64,000 nucleotides of DNA from Patescibacteria group bacterium UBA6017 (GTDB lineage Bacteria > Patescibacteriota > Saccharimonadia > UBA4664): contig DIZX01000011.1 of the NCBI GenBank assembly GCA_002429485.1, positions 55,258 through 119,257 of the forward strand, in the 5' to 3' direction. Shown here in pieces: positions 52,416-62,844 of the stretch; position 1 is the first letter of the stretch; each line of letters opens with the position of its first letter. The notes under the pieces were generated by a model. That model made no database searches. It saw only the letters and a program-made list of their open reading frames with translations, and was not told where the DNA came from. Made by a program: the position numbers and the translations under genes.

Positions 52416-55292
52416 TTATGCCTTCGAGATACCGATATACAGCTCATCCCCGGATACCTTCACGGGCACTTGATCTCCCGCGCCAGCCGTCTTAACCTCA
52501 ACAGCCAACGTCTCGGCTTTGATCACCTCCGCATGCGCCTCAACCGCCCCGGCTAATTCGGCGGACTCGGTCATGAGAGTCAAAACTATCCGATCATCCA
52601 CCTCTAATCCTGCCGCTTTACGCGCAGTCTGGACGTGTCGTACAACATCGCGCATCAAACCTTCGGCTTTTAGCTCAGGGGTGATGTTTACATCGAGCTT
52701 TAACCCTTCTCCGCGCACGATTTCGCGTACATTCACTTCCTGCGCAATAATTTCGTTGATCTCCGGTCGGAAATCAACCGGCACTTCCAGCGTCTGCAAC
52801 GGCTGCCGAACCTTAACGCCCGCATCTGCCCTCAGAGATAAGCTATCGGTCACAATTACCCGCGCCGCCTGCATCTCGCCAATCAATAGACTCATATCAT
52901 TAGTAACCGTTGCCTCCGGCCAGTCGCTCAAGTGCACGCTGGATGGCTCGTCCATCCCCTCGGTCAGCTCGCGCCACAACTTATCAGCTACAAACGGACT
53001 CCACGGCGCCAGCAGTTGGGCGATTCTCACAAGCACATAGTGCAAGGTTACATAAGCGCTCGCCTTATCGCCATCGTCTTCGCTCTTCCAAAACCGCCTT
53101 CTGGAACGTCGCACATACCAGTTGGATAAATCGTCAATCAACGCGCGCAGCGGTCGCAGCGCCTGTGCCAACTCATACTTGTCCGCCGCTTCACTGACTT
53201 CCACGATAGTTTGATCCAGCCGCGCCAGCATCCATTGGTCGAGCGCACTAGTGACCTCGGGCCGGGCCAGCTTCTTGGGCGGCTCCCAGCCGTCGATCTC
53301 GGCGTACATGCTCAGGAACGAATAGGTGTTCCACAGCGTCCCGAAGACATTGCGCTGGATATCCCGCATGGCGTCTCTATTAAACCGCATATAATCGGCA
53401 CCTACCGCCTGATCGTTGCCCAGGAGGTAAAACCGCAGCGTATCAGCGCCTTCGGTGCCAAACACTTCTTCCACCGGCGGGTAATTCTTGAGCCGCTTGC
53501 TCAACTTTTGCCCGTCAGCCGCCATTACCATGCCGTTCACCAGCACATTCTTATACGCCGGCCGGCCAAATACAATCGTCGACAGCACGTGCTGCACGTA
53601 GAACCACAGTCTTGTCTGGTCCAGGCCCTCACCAATATAGTCAGCCGGGAACGACTGCTCAAAAACCTCTTTGTTCTCAAACGGATAGTGATGCTGTGCC
53701 GCCGGCATCGAACCGCTCTCAAACCAGCAGTCGAAGACCTCGTCGATTCGGCGATAAGTCTTGCCGTCTTTCTCGATCACAATTTTATCAATCCCCGGCC
53801 GGTGCAAATCTTCCGGCGCCTTCTCCAATCCCGCCAGTTTCACCAGCTCATCCAGGCTCGAGATCACCAAATAATCGGTCTCATCGACTTCATTAACCCA
53901 AATCGGCATTGGCGCGCCCCAGTATCTGTTACGGCTGATCGCCCAGTCGCGCGCGCCTGCCAACCATTTGCCGAAGCGGCCGCTCTTGATGTGGCCCGGC
54001 TGCCAATTGATCTGCTCGGCCGTGGCCAGCATTTCTTCGCGAATCTCCGACACCTTCACGAACCAGGTGGAAATTGCGTAATACAGTAGCGGACTGTCGC
54101 ACCGATAGCAAAACGGATAGGTGTGCGTAAACGTCTCAGCCGCGTACACTTTGCCCGCTTCTACCAGGTGCTGGGTGATAATCTTATCCGCCCCCTTAAA
54201 GAACTTCCCGCGCGCCCCTTCAATCGGCACATTATCGGTCAGACGCCCGTCAGGCTTCACCGTCATCAGCACCGGTATGTCGTGCTCAACTGATAGATTG
54301 AGGTCGTCTTCACCAAACGCCGGCGCCACATGCAGCACCCCGGTACCGTCATCTATCGATACCGCCTCTGTGGCCCACACCTGGAACAAATTATCGCCCT
54401 CAGCACCACTTGCCAGCTCAATAATGGGCTCATAGTGCTTCCCCACCAATTCCTCGGCTGCCACTTCCTCTACCACCTCATATTCGGCCTTCAGAGCCTC
54501 CAGACGCGCCTTCGCCAGCACCAGCGTTTCCGCCTTGCCATCATCATCCTTTACCTTCACATAGACATACTTCGCTCCCGGCTTCACCGCCAGCGCGGCA
54601 TTACCCGGCAAGCTCCATGGCGTCGTCGTCCACCCCAGTAAACTCGCATCTTCATCAACCAACTTAAACTTCACAAACAGGCTCGGATCCGGCACATCGT
54701 CCTTGTAGCCTTCATTTACCTCAAAATTGCTCAATGGCGTCTCGCAGCGTGGGCAGTACGGCATACTCTTAAATCCGCGCTGCAGCAGACCCTTCTCGTT
54801 CACCTGCCCCAGCATCCACCACACGCTCTCGGTGTAGTCACGGTCAATCGTGGCGTAGGCATTATGCGTATCTGTCCATCGTCCAGCCCGGCGGAAAAAA
54901 TCTTCCCACTCGCCCTTATACTTGAACACACTTGCCCGACAGGCATCATTGAATTTTTCCAACCCAAGCTCCAGAATCTGCTTTTTCCCGCTCACTCCAA
55001 ATTCTTTCTCGATCGCAAATTCCACCGGCAACCCGTGGCAATCCCAGCCGTTGCGCCGCTGGACGTATTCACCCTTCATCGTGTGATACCGACCCAGCGA
55101 GTCCTTAATGCTCGTCACCAAGGTATGCCCGAAATGCGGCAAGCCATTGGCAAACGGTGGACCGTCATAAAAACTAAATCGCTTAGCATCTTTACGATTC
55201 TCTAGGCTCTTTTCGAACGTCTTCTCGGCTGTCCAGACCTTGAGCATCTCAGCTTCAATAGCAGGAAAATCAGCAACTTGAGCTTTTTTCAC
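52416..55292 (-). CDS. ileS: isoleucine--tRNA ligase, type 2
   Basis: YDGPPFANGLPHFGH, GWDCHGLP, WTTTPW, DWAISRNRYWG, KLSKR, NWYVRRSRRRFW. Confidence 0.97.
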   Translation of the reverse strand: MKKAQVADFPAIEAEMLKVWTAEKTFEKSLENRKDAKRFSFYDGPPFANGLPHFGHTLVTSIKDSLGRYHTMKGEYVQRRNGWDCHGLPVEFAIEKEFGVSGKKQILELGLEKFNDACRASVFKYKGEWEDFFRRAGRWTDTHNAYATIDRDYTESVWWMLGQVNEKGLLQRGFKSMPYCPRCETPLSNFEVNEGYKDDVPDPSLFVKFKLVDEDASLLGWTTTPWSLPGNAALAVKPGAKYVYVKVKDDDGKAETLVLAKARLEALKAEYEVVEEVAAEELVGKHYEPIIELASGAEGDNLFQVWATEAVSIDDGTGVLHVAPAFGEDDLNLSVEHDIPVLMTVKPDGRLTDNVPIEGARGKFFKGADKIITQHLVEAGKVYAAETFTHTYPFCYRCDSPLLYYAISTWFVKVSEIREEMLATAEQINWQPGHIKSGRFGKWLAGARDWAISRNRYWGAPMPIWVNEVDETDYLVISSLDELVKLAGLEKAPEDLHRPGIDKIVIEKDGKTYRRIDEVFDCWFESGSMPAAQHHYPFENKEVFEQSFPADYIGEGLDQTRLWFYVQHVLSTIVFGRPAYKNVLVNGMVMAADGQKLSKRLKNYPPVEEVFGTEGADTLRFYLLGNDQAVGADYMRFNRDAMRDIQRNVFGTLWNTYSFLSMYAEIDGWEPPKKLARPEVTSALDQWMLARLDQTIVEVSEAADKYELAQALRPLRALIDDLSNWYVRRSRRRFWKSEDDGDKASAYVTLHYVLVRIAQLLAPWSPFVADKLWRELTEGMDEPSSVHLSDWPEATVTNDMSLLIGEMQAARVIVTDSLSLRADAGVKVRQPLQTLEVPVDFRPEINEIIAQEVNVREIVRGEGLKLDVNITPELKAEGLMRDVVRHVQTARKAAGLEVDDRIVLTLMTESAELAGAVEAHAEVIKAETLAVEVKTAGAGDQVPVKVSGDELYIGISKA

Positions 55293-55299
55293 GGTTGTC

Positions 55300-55505
55300 T
55301 CCTAAAAATAAAAACCATCCGGACTTATGCAGGGACTCGCAAAGTCGCGAGCGGTACCACCCTGCTTTCCAGATGGACTCTTCATTATCAACTATTGTCG
55401 TGAGTTGCCAACGTCTCGGTCTAATAAGCTCAATATGAGCCTTTCTTCGAGCAGCTTCGCGGTTGATAGCCGCTTATCCATTTACAGGAATGCCTACCAA
55501 TTTGT
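55300..55505 (-). ncRNA. T-box riboswitch (Ile)
   Basis: AAGCAGGGTGGTACCGC T-box (55351-55367) in an antiterminator helix; AUC specifier candidate (55465-55467); U-tract; upstream of ileS. Confidence 0.88.
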
Positions 55506-55555
55506 GAACCTACTATACCATAAGTTACGGCCAATACGCTTACTTCTCAATTTGC

Positions 55556-55813
55556 TCAACGAACCAGATTATCGGCCATCAACTGCAGCCCCTGCAGCAA
55601 TAGCAGCGCCACCAGCGGCGCAAAGTCGACGCCAGCCGTCGGTGGGATGATTTTACGCGCCGGCCCCAGCAGAGGCTCAGTGAGGCTCGTAAGTGCCTCG
55701 AGCAGCCTATTTCCCGGGCTCATCAGATAGCTCAGGATAACCCGGAGCAGCAACACTCCCGAAAATACCGGTACAAACAGATCTACGAACGTAACAATAA
55801 CGAGCGCAATCAT
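55556..55813 (-). CDS. yggT: YggT family membrane protein
   Basis: RVILSY..LTEPLL.P.RKIIP..GVDFAPL. Confidence 0.9.
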   Translation of the reverse strand: MIALVIVTFVDLFVPVFSGVLLLRVILSYLMSPGNRLLEALTSLTEPLLGPARKIIPPTAGVDFAPLVALLLLQGLQLMADNLVR

Positions 55814-56073
55814 TGACGCGCCAAATAAGCTACTTCCGAGGTTGCCGGCATGCCGTCTTCACCCTCCCACACCTTCACCGGGGCGCCGTCACTCTTAAGG
55901 AGCAGCACCGCCGGCCGACCCATAATTGCGTATGTTTCAGCTACCTGAATGCCGTGAGGGCTGTCGGCGTCCAGAAGCTCAACCTCAATCTGATCACGTT
56001 TGAGGCTTTCCTCAAACCGCTCCGCTATGCGCTCCCCTGGAGTCGCCCTGTTGTACAGCACATAAATAATCAT
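55810..56073 (-). CDS. small thioredoxin-fold-like hypothetical protein
   Basis: DADSPHG..ETYAIMGRPAVLL..W.G..MP; ATGA overlap with yggT. Confidence 0.65.
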   Translation of the reverse strand: MIIYVLYNRATPGERIAERFEESLKRDQIEVELLDADSPHGIQVAETYAIMGRPAVLLLKSDGAPVKVWEGEDGMPATSEVAYLARQ

Positions 56074-56121
56074 AAGTGCCTCAAGTATAGCATTAGCGTT
56101 ATATCAGCAAAGTAGTTTTTG

Positions 56122-57528
56122 CTACTCGACTTTGCGGCGAATGAACGCCGGTACATCCAAATCATCATCGCCAAGCGGCAGGCCCATTTCCTGATCCGAC
56201 GGACGTTGACCGTGCGTCACCCCCACCGGCTCATCAATGAGTTTATCTTCATACTCTGCTTCCACCGGAGCAACGGGCTCCTTCTCGACTGCGTGTCCAT
56301 AACGGTGTCTTGGAGCCTCTTCCTCAGCGGGCTCAATCGAAGCCAGGGACGGGAACCTCCGCGGCGGCGCGGCTTCTACCGCAGGCACCTCGATTGGTAC
56401 CACCTCGGGGTCAGGCTCAACCTGCGGGCGCTCATTGATAAATGGCTGTCGCGGAGTCGGTAGCACTTCGGGCGTGTACACCTCTTCTGGCTCCGGCTCA
56501 GGTTCAACTTCGGCCTTTGGAGCCTTCATGTGCACGTCGTGGCTGCGCGCAGCTGGTTCGAGAACAACACGCTTGGAGTTATCGAAGCCGGTTGCTACCA
56601 CCGTGATCTGTAGGTCATCATCCATCTGATCGTCGAGCACGGCACCAAAGATAATATTTGCGTCCGGATCAACCGCATCCGTCACTGTCTTAGCGGCTTC
56701 ATCGATTTCGTGCATCGTCATGGTACGGCCGCCGGTAATGTTAAACAGCACCCCGCGGGCGCCTTCAATGCTCGTTTCTAGCAGCGGCGAATCAATCGCC
56801 TGGCGTGCAGCCTCCACGGCTCGATTGTCGCCCGATGCCCGGCCGATGCCCATCAGGGCCGATCCGGCATTCGACATAATGGCTTTCACGTCAGCGAAGT
56901 CGAGGTTGATCAGCCCGTGAACCGTAATCAAGCTGGAGATTCCCTGCACACCCTGCTGCAAGACTTCATCGACAATTCCGAAAGCATCCACGAGCGACGT
57001 TTTGCGATCAATCATCTGCAGTAGGCGGTCATTCGGAATCGTGATCAAAGTATCAACGCTGTCTTTGAGCTCCACGATACCTGCATCCGCGCTGCGGCGG
57101 CGGCGCTCGCCCTCAAAAGTAAACGGTTTAGTAACAATTGCTACCACCAACGCGCCGGCTTCGCGAGCCGCAGCTGCGATCAGGGGTGCAGCACCAGTCC
57201 CGGTACCTCCGCCCTCTCCCAGGGTGATAAAGATCATATCAGCGCCTTTTACGGCCTCATAAATTTCCTTTTCGCTCTCCTCGGCAGCCCTTCGGCCGAC
57301 ATCAGGATCGGCGCCTGCACCCAGTCCGCGAGTAGTCTCACGGCCGATGTGAATTTTGCTGGGCGCCTTAGCGTGAACCAGAGCCTGAGCATCAGTATTG
57401 ATTACTACGAACTCCACTCCGGCAAGCTTAGACTGAATCATGCGGTTAACCGCTGAGTTGCCGCCGCCTCCTACACCAATAACTTTGATTCGAGCTGAAG
57501 TATCGACTTCGGGCATTATTTCTGCCAT
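56122..57528 (-). CDS. ftsZ: cell division protein FtsZ
   Basis: [24 protein letters not shown]-terminal [10 protein letters not shown]; AGGAG SD before ATG 57528. Confidence 0.98.
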   Translation of the reverse strand: MAEIMPEVDTSARIKVIGVGGGGNSAVNRMIQSKLAGVEFVVINTDAQALVHAKAPSKIHIGRETTRGLGAGADPDVGRRAAEESEKEIYEAVKGADMIFITLGEGGGTGTGAAPLIAAAAREAGALVVAIVTKPFTFEGERRRRSADAGIVELKDSVDTLITIPNDRLLQMIDRKTSLVDAFGIVDEVLQQGVQGISSLITVHGLINLDFADVKAIMSNAGSALMGIGRASGDNRAVEAARQAIDSPLLETSIEGARGVLFNITGGRTMTMHEIDEAAKTVTDAVDPDANIIFGAVLDDQMDDDLQITVVATGFDNSKRVVLEPAARSHDVHMKAPKAEVEPEPEPEEVYTPEVLPTPRQPFINERPQVEPDPEVVPIEVPAVEAAPPRRFPSLASIEPAEEEAPRHRYGHAVEKEPVAPVEAEYEDKLIDEPVGVTHGQRPSDQEMGLPLGDDDLDVPAFIRRKVE

Positions 57529-57586
57529 TAAAAGACTCCTTACCACCAGGGGCTCGCCGTTAATAAATGCGAACGAGTACACATGG

Positions 57587-57615
57587 ACTATAACGTTCCG
57601 CAACAATGTATGCAA
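57587..57615 (-). promoter_or_regulatory. ftsZ promoter TTGCAT-17-TATAGT
   Basis: Read directly in the ftsA-ftsZ gap. Confidence 0.6.
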
Positions 57616-57707
57616 CTTTTTTATTCGGGCAAATTTTGCATTATTTATTGAATATATTTTGTACTCAATAACAGATATAATCCCTCCGCAAAGCCCAAAT
57701 ACCCCAA

Positions 57708-57734
57708 CAAAAAACGAGCCGTTTCCGACTCGTC
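57708..57734 (-). terminator. intrinsic terminator after ftsA
   Basis: GACGAGTCG-GAAA-CGGCTCGTTTTTT. Confidence 0.75.
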
Positions 57735-57786
57735 AGATATTATTTAAGCGTAAAAGTTTTCCACAGTTCCAAGATAAGCGACAGGA

Positions 57787-59022
57787 CTACGGCAGTAAGT
57801 TTCGCAGCGTCTTCTTGATCCGGTCAACCGTTTGACCGATCGACGCGCCTGAGTCCGGAGCCATCTGGGCGTGGGCCATATTCTCGAGCATCAAGCCGAC
57901 CGGAGCGGCAAACGCCGGGTCATTGATTCGATCGACAATCCCCGTAAAGCCCTCGGGCTTACCTACCGTCACCGGCAGCTGCAGCGCCTCCTTAGCCATG
58001 TCCTCAATTCCCTGCATCTTCGCTCCACCGCCCGTCAGCACCACGCCGCCCGGAAGCATCACATCCTTACCTATCTTGCGCAACTCTGCCCGCACCAAGC
58101 TAAAGATCTCATCCAGGCGCGCGCCTGCGATGTTTTGCAGCTCGCGGCGGGTGATCACGTTCTCATCACTATCCAGCTCTTCCATTCGAATCTTTTCGGT
58201 CAGATTGGACTTGCTCGTGTGAGCTCGGACATATTTGAGCTTAATCTTCTCGGCCGTATCTACACTGGTCTTGAGCCCGATAGCCAAATCGTTGGTTATG
58301 TGGCCGGCACCCACCGGAATTACGCTCGAATACAAGATATCGCCTTCTTCATAAACGGCGATGCCCGTCGTACCTGCCCCAATGTCTACCAAAGCTACCC
58401 CCAGCTCCTTCTGACGCTTAGTCAGAACAGCCCGAGCCGCGGCCAAAGGAACCAGAATCTGGCCCGATATCGCAATACCGGCCTGATGAATGCTGCGGTC
58501 CAGATTCTTGATCGCCGGCACCGATCCGCTGATGATATGCGACTCTACTTCTAGCCGCACACCATGCATACCCACCGGATCCTTGATATTAGTCTGACCG
58601 TCAACCGAATACGACCTCGGGAAAACCTGAATGATCTCGCGATTCGGGGGCAGCTGAATCGCTGTAGCCGCCTCTTCTACCCGCACCAGATCTTCCACCA
58701 TAATTTCCTGATCGGCCCGACCCACCGCAATCACGCCCTTTGAGTTCTGACTGGTCACATGAGCTCCGTCGATCGAAATCGTGGCCTGATCAATCGCAAT
58801 GCCCGAGATACGCTCCGCCTCATCAACTGCCGCGGTGATCGCCGATACTGTCTCCTCGACATCCACCACTACGCCCTTACGCATGCCGCTGGTGGGAGCC
58901 ACGCCCACACCAATCACGCTCGGAAGCGCAGAGCCCTCTTCGTGCAGCCCCACGACACAGCACACCTTGGTGCTTCCGATATCCAAACCAACATATATTT
59001 GTTCAGCAGACTTTCCGGCCAC
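57787..59022 (-). CDS. ftsA: cell division protein FtsA
   Basis: GLDIGSTK, VDIGAGTT, GHITNDLA, VLTGGGA, C-terminal amphipathic helix. Confidence 0.97.
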   Translation of the reverse strand: MAGKSAEQIYVGLDIGSTKVCCVVGLHEEGSALPSVIGVGVAPTSGMRKGVVVDVEETVSAITAAVDEAERISGIAIDQATISIDGAHVTSQNSKGVIAVGRADQEIMVEDLVRVEEAATAIQLPPNREIIQVFPRSYSVDGQTNIKDPVGMHGVRLEVESHIISGSVPAIKNLDRSIHQAGIAISGQILVPLAAARAVLTKRQKELGVALVDIGAGTTGIAVYEEGDILYSSVIPVGAGHITNDLAIGLKTSVDTAEKIKLKYVRAHTSKSNLTEKIRMEELDSDENVITRRELQNIAGARLDEIFSLVRAELRKIGKDVMLPGGVVLTGGGAKMQGIEDMAKEALQLPVTVGKPEGFTGIVDRINDPAFAAPVGLMLENMAHAQMAPDSGASIGQTVDRIKKTLRNLLP

Positions 59023-59157
59023 GCGTTTTCAGTGCTCCATATGCAAATATTATAGTTCTTATGGACCCGTGTGTACAATATTGAATAAATTATTCTTACA
59101 CCCCGATAGCTGATCGGCTAGCTCAATAGATGAACACAATATGTATCCAACACGTCC

Positions 59158-59925
59158 CTATCGAGTGATAATTTCGAATCCGTCTTCGGTCACCAATACC
59201 GTGTGTTCAAATTGCGCACTCAAGCTGCCGTCGGTCGTCTTGATGGTCCAGCCATCGTCCTCTACAAAAATATCGTATCCGCCCAGCGTAGCCATCGGCT
59301 CGATTGCAATCGACATACCCGCCTTCAATCTGGCCCCTGTCCCAGCGCGGCCGTAGTTGAGAATCAGCGGATCTTCATGCACGTGATGCCCCACTCCATG
59401 CCCGCTCAGTTCCTCGACAACTCCAAGCTTATCTTTGCGCAGTCGCACCTCGACAGCGTGCGAAATATCTCCCACTCTAGCGCCGGGCTTCACCTGAGCG
59501 ATTCCCAAATCGAGAGCCTGAGAGGTAGCGCTCAGTAATCGCTGCACGGCCGGCGTGGTCTTGCCTCCGGCCACCACCGTCACCGCCCCATCGGTAATCA
59601 TCCCTTCGTATGTCACTCCAAAGTCCAATCCTACCAAATCACCCGCCTTGATCACTCGAGATCCGGGTATGCCATGAACGATTTCATCGTTCACCGAAAT
59701 ACAGATGGTCGAAGGAAACGGTGTACTGTGCCGATCCGGCCGGTAATGCAAAAACGCCGGCTCGCCGCCCAGAGCCGCCAGCTCACGTGCCGCCATATCG
59801 CCCAAATAGCCAGTAGTTTGACCGGGCTCAAGCTCCGCCGAAAGGCGGCGCAGAACTTCCGCCAGTATACCGCCGCTCGTACGTAACCTTCGGATCTCTA
59901 CCGGAGTTTTTGGTTGATTCATCAT
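59158..59925 (-). CDS. map: methionine aminopeptidase type I
   Basis: CISVNDEIVHGIP, DFG..TDGA, GHGVG..HEDP, IEPM, SAQFEHT. Confidence 0.96.
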   Translation of the reverse strand: MMNQPKTPVEIRRLRTSGGILAEVLRRLSAELEPGQTTGYLGDMAARELAALGGEPAFLHYRPDRHSTPFPSTICISVNDEIVHGIPGSRVIKAGDLVGLDFGVTYEGMITDGAVTVVAGGKTTPAVQRLLSATSQALDLGIAQVKPGARVGDISHAVEVRLRKDKLGVVEELSGHGVGHHVHEDPLILNYGRAGTGARLKAGMSIAIEPMATLGGYDIFVEDDGWTIKTTDGSLSAQFEHTVLVTEDGFEIITR

Positions 59926-60452
59926 GATACTGCCGCCTTTACCAGTGCCTGGACTTCTTCAATCGTCCCTCGGCCGTCTATTCGTTTAACGAGTCCCAGT
60001 TGTTCGTAATGCTCAACCACCGGCCGAGTTTTTTGCTGATACATATCCCACTTTTCCCGTACAGCCTCGGGAGAATCATCAGCTCGATCTCTTAATCCCA
60101 GCCGCTTTTGAATCGTTTCAAAATCAAGCTCGATCAAAATGACCGCTTTTAGATGCCGTTTATGTCCTGGCAATTCTTCGTCCAACCAGCGAACGTTGCT
60201 CATTGTTCTGGGGAAGCCATCGAGAATGATCGGCTGCCCCGGCGGTATCGCGTCCACGGCTTTGCCGACAATCGCTTCAACCTCTTCCGCCGGCGCCAAG
60301 CGGCCGTCAGCTAGCAGCGCTGCAGCATGCGGGTTCTGCCGCAGTAAATTTCCACTCGATAAATGCACGCCGCCCATCTCGCTCGCAAGCAGATCACCCT
60401 GAACCGATTTACCAGCTCCGGTCGGTCCCATCAGTACAATTAGTTCGGCCAT
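59922..60452 (-). CDS. adk: adenylate kinase (short, LID-less type)
   Basis: GPTGAGKSVQ, HLSSGNLLR, LDGFPR, RADD. Confidence 0.88.
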   Translation of the reverse strand: MAELIVLMGPTGAGKSVQGDLLASEMGGVHLSSGNLLRQNPHAAALLADGRLAPAEEVEAIVGKAVDAIPPGQPIILDGFPRTMSNVRWLDEELPGHKRHLKAVILIELDFETIQKRLGLRDRADDSPEAVREKWDMYQQKTRPVVEHYEQLGLVKRIDGRGTIEEVQALVKAAVS

Positions 60453-60871
60453 ATCAGCCTCAAAATGTGCGGTCCGAAAATCACGGTACCGATAGCTGCC
60501 GCAGCGACCGCAGCCACTAGCACTGCCCCGGCGGCCATATCCTTAATCAGCTTAATTCGCGGATTCTCCTGAATATCAATCAGATCCAACGTCCGTTCAA
60601 TAATGGTATTAAAGATTTCGGTCAAAAATACGATAACCACGGCAAAGAACACGGCCGCCAACTCCACGTCCGATACCCTCAGCAGCAAACCGAGCGCAAA
60701 CGCCATGACCGCAAACAACAAGTGCACCCGTGCATTATGCTCGTGCTCAAAAACGTGCAGCACTCCATGCATCGCGTGCCGCAGACCATTAAGAAAGCCC
60801 CCCTGAGAACCGGGATGCACTCGCGCAGAGTGATCATCCACGGCCGCCTGGACCTCTGGCTGGTGGCTCAT
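60440..60871 (-). CDS. dgkA: prokaryotic diacylglycerol/undecaprenol kinase
   Basis: EHNARVH, EIFNTIIERTLD, KDMAAGAVL. Confidence 0.9.
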   Translation of the reverse strand: MSHQPEVQAAVDDHSARVHPGSQGGFLNGLRHAMHGVLHVFEHEHNARVHLLFAVMAFALGLLLRVSDVELAAVFFAVVIVFLTEIFNTIIERTLDLIDIQENPRIKLIKDMAAGAVLVAAVAAAAIGTVIFGPHILRLIWPN

Positions 60872-61314
60872 AAACCCAACCTGGAGCGAACCGCTTGCGA
60901 CACCGCGCCGCCGTCGGCCGTGGCTCCTACCCGCTTCATCACCGCCCCGATCACCTGACCCATTTGCTTCATGTCTGTGGCGCCCAACTGCGTCACCACC
61001 TCATCCACAGCCTTCGCGAGCTCATCCACGCTCAAAGCCACCGGCAAATACGCCGCGATCACCTTCAGCTCAGACTCCTCTACGGCCAATAGATCGTCAC
61101 GTCCGGCCGTGCGGTAAGCATCGATCGAATCCCGGCGCTGCTTAGCTTCGCGCTGCAGCACTTTGAGCGCCTCCTCGTCGCTCAACGGATGGCCGACTTT
61201 GATCTCTTCGTATTTCATTGAGCTGCGCAGCAGCCGCAGCACACCGGTACGTTCAGTGTCTCCCGCCAGCATGCTGGCTTTCATGTCTTGAGCTAGTTGT
61301 TCAATAATACTCAC
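60868..61314 (-). CDS. yqeY: GatB/YqeY domain protein
   Basis: DMKASM, KQRRDSI, YLP..LS, MKQMGQV, ADG. Confidence 0.93.
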   Translation of the reverse strand: MSIIEQLAQDMKASMLAGDTERTGVLRLLRSSMKYEEIKVGHPLSDEEALKVLQREAKQRRDSIDAYRTAGRDDLLAVEESELKVIAAYLPVALSVDELAKAVDEVVTQLGATDMKQMGQVIGAVMKRVGATADGGAVSQAVRSRLGL

Positions 61315-61347
61315 GTCTATATCCTGAATTCTTGTGTTTATTGTATC

Positions 61348-61377
61348 AAAGAAAAGCCCCCGTCTCAGGGGGTTCTC
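61348..61377 (-). terminator. intrinsic terminator after rpsU
   Basis: GAGAACCCCC-tgagac-GGGGGCTTTTCTTT. Confidence 0.7.
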
Positions 61378-61392
61378 ATTTGATCGTAAGTT

Positions 61393-61602
61393 CTAGTGAC
61401 CTAAATAAGCCTTAGCCTTGGCAGCCTTGCGGGCCGTTTTTCGGATGGCGATCTCGCGCTTGGCGCGCTTGGTCAAATCCTTCTCGAAATATTTACCGCG
61501 GCGGGCAATTCCGAGTACACCAGATTGCTGCACTTTCTTGTTGAAGCGCCGGATCATGTTCTCTAACGACTCTTTGTCGTCTTTGCGTGTTACTTGAAGC
61601 AT
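61393..61602 (-). CDS. rpsU: 30S ribosomal protein S21
   Basis: ESLENMIRRFNKKVQQSG..YFEK; strong AGGAGGTGA SD; upstream of yqeY. Confidence 0.9.
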   Translation of the reverse strand: MLQVTRKDDKESLENMIRRFNKKVQQSGVLGIARRGKYFEKDLTKRAKREIAIRKTARKAAKAKAYLGH

Positions 61603-61738
61603 TTTGTTATCACCTCCTCTCGGCTGGCGTTGGAATTCAAATTAATTCGACCTGAGTATCCTACCAGATATTGGTCCATGCAGCAAGAATCCCACTCAAC
61701 GAGATACCGACCCGCGACCATCCCCGGAGGCTGGGCCG

Positions 61739-62050
61739 CTAGCTAGGCTTATACCTTGAATCGCTCATGATATGAAAATGGAGGTGATCAATTTCCTTAC
61801 CCTGAATAAGAACCTTATTGGCTTCCTCTAGTCCGTATTGCTTGATCACTTCCCGGACTGCCATTATCATCCGGCCCGCGAGATGCTCATCGTCCAGTGC
61901 ATCGATATTCTTCACGTGCTGCTTCGGCACCACCAACACATGTACCGGTGCCAAAGGTTTAATGGTCTCGAACGCCGCCGCCACGTCATTCTCCCATACC
62001 AGTTTTCCAGTTTCGCCGCTAACGATTGAGCAAAATATACAATTTTCCAT
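61739..62050 (-). CDS. HIT family protein
   Basis: CIFC, PVHVLVVPK.H, HLHFH; TGcTATAAT 6 nt before ATG 62050. Confidence 0.93.
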   Translation of the reverse strand: MENCIFCSIVSGETGKLVWENDVAAAFETIKPLAPVHVLVVPKQHVKNIDALDDEHLAGRMIMAVREVIKQYGLEEANKVLIQGKEIDHLHFHIMSDSRYKPS

Positions 62051-62198
62051 GAGCCCATTATAGCAACTACGCTCTGCCGCACTCAAGCCTGCCTCGCTTG
62101 TCCGCTTGGTCGATTTTGCCTTTCTCAAGCCGCTTATGATTGACTAGACCCCATATTTAGCCCAAAATACCGAATTGCTTAAAGTTGTGGCCCAATTC

Positions 62199-62831
62199 AT
62201 GCCTTTCAATCTGAAAACCACAATTCTCGCCAGCACCGCGCTGGCCGGATTGCTCAATCTGGTTCAGTTTACCTCCAGCTATAATCAGCACGCCCAAGCC
62301 TCCTTTGCGCCCAACTGGGCCGAGGCAACGGCCGGACGGCCAACCCCGCGGCCGATCGCGCCTCGTGCCGCAACAGCCGCTACAGTGGCCGCCGTGCCGC
62401 TAACGGCACCGGACACCGTTGCGGCTCCGGTGGCCGCAGCCCAAGCCAAACTCAGTGCCGCCGGCCTCAAGCCGGCCTTTGCCGCCAACTACCTGGCCGT
62501 ACAAGCCCAAACCGGAACCCCCTGGCAGCTACTGGCGGCTGTGCACCGCATCGAGACAGGCCAAAGCGGCGACACCACCCGAAGCTCCTACGCCGGCGCT
62601 ACCGGCCCGATGCAGTTTATGCCCGCCACCTTTAACCACTACGCCCTCGACGGCGACGGCAACGGCACCAAAGACATCCATGACCTGGACGACGCCCTCC
62701 TCACCGCCGGACGCTACCTTGCCGCCGGTGGTGCAGCCCGCGGCAACTACCAAACCGCCCTATTCAACTACAATCATTCCAACACCTACGTCGCCAACGT
62801 CCTCGCCATCGCCCACCGCCTCGGCCTGTAG
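62199..62831 (+). CDS. lytic transglycosylase (SLT-like)
   Basis: WQLLAAVHRIET, GATGPMQFMPATF, DGDGNG, YNHS..YV. Confidence 0.9.
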   Translation: MPFNLKTTILASTALAGLLNLVQFTSSYNQHAQASFAPNWAEATAGRPTPRPIAPRAATAATVAAVPLTAPDTVAAPVAAAQAKLSAAGLKPAFAANYLAVQAQTGTPWQLLAAVHRIETGQSGDTTRSSYAGATGPMQFMPATFNHYALDGDGNGTKDIHDLDDALLTAGRYLAAGGAARGNYQTALFNYNHSNTYVANVLAIAHRLGL

Positions 62832-62844
62832 TAACAAAGGTGGA

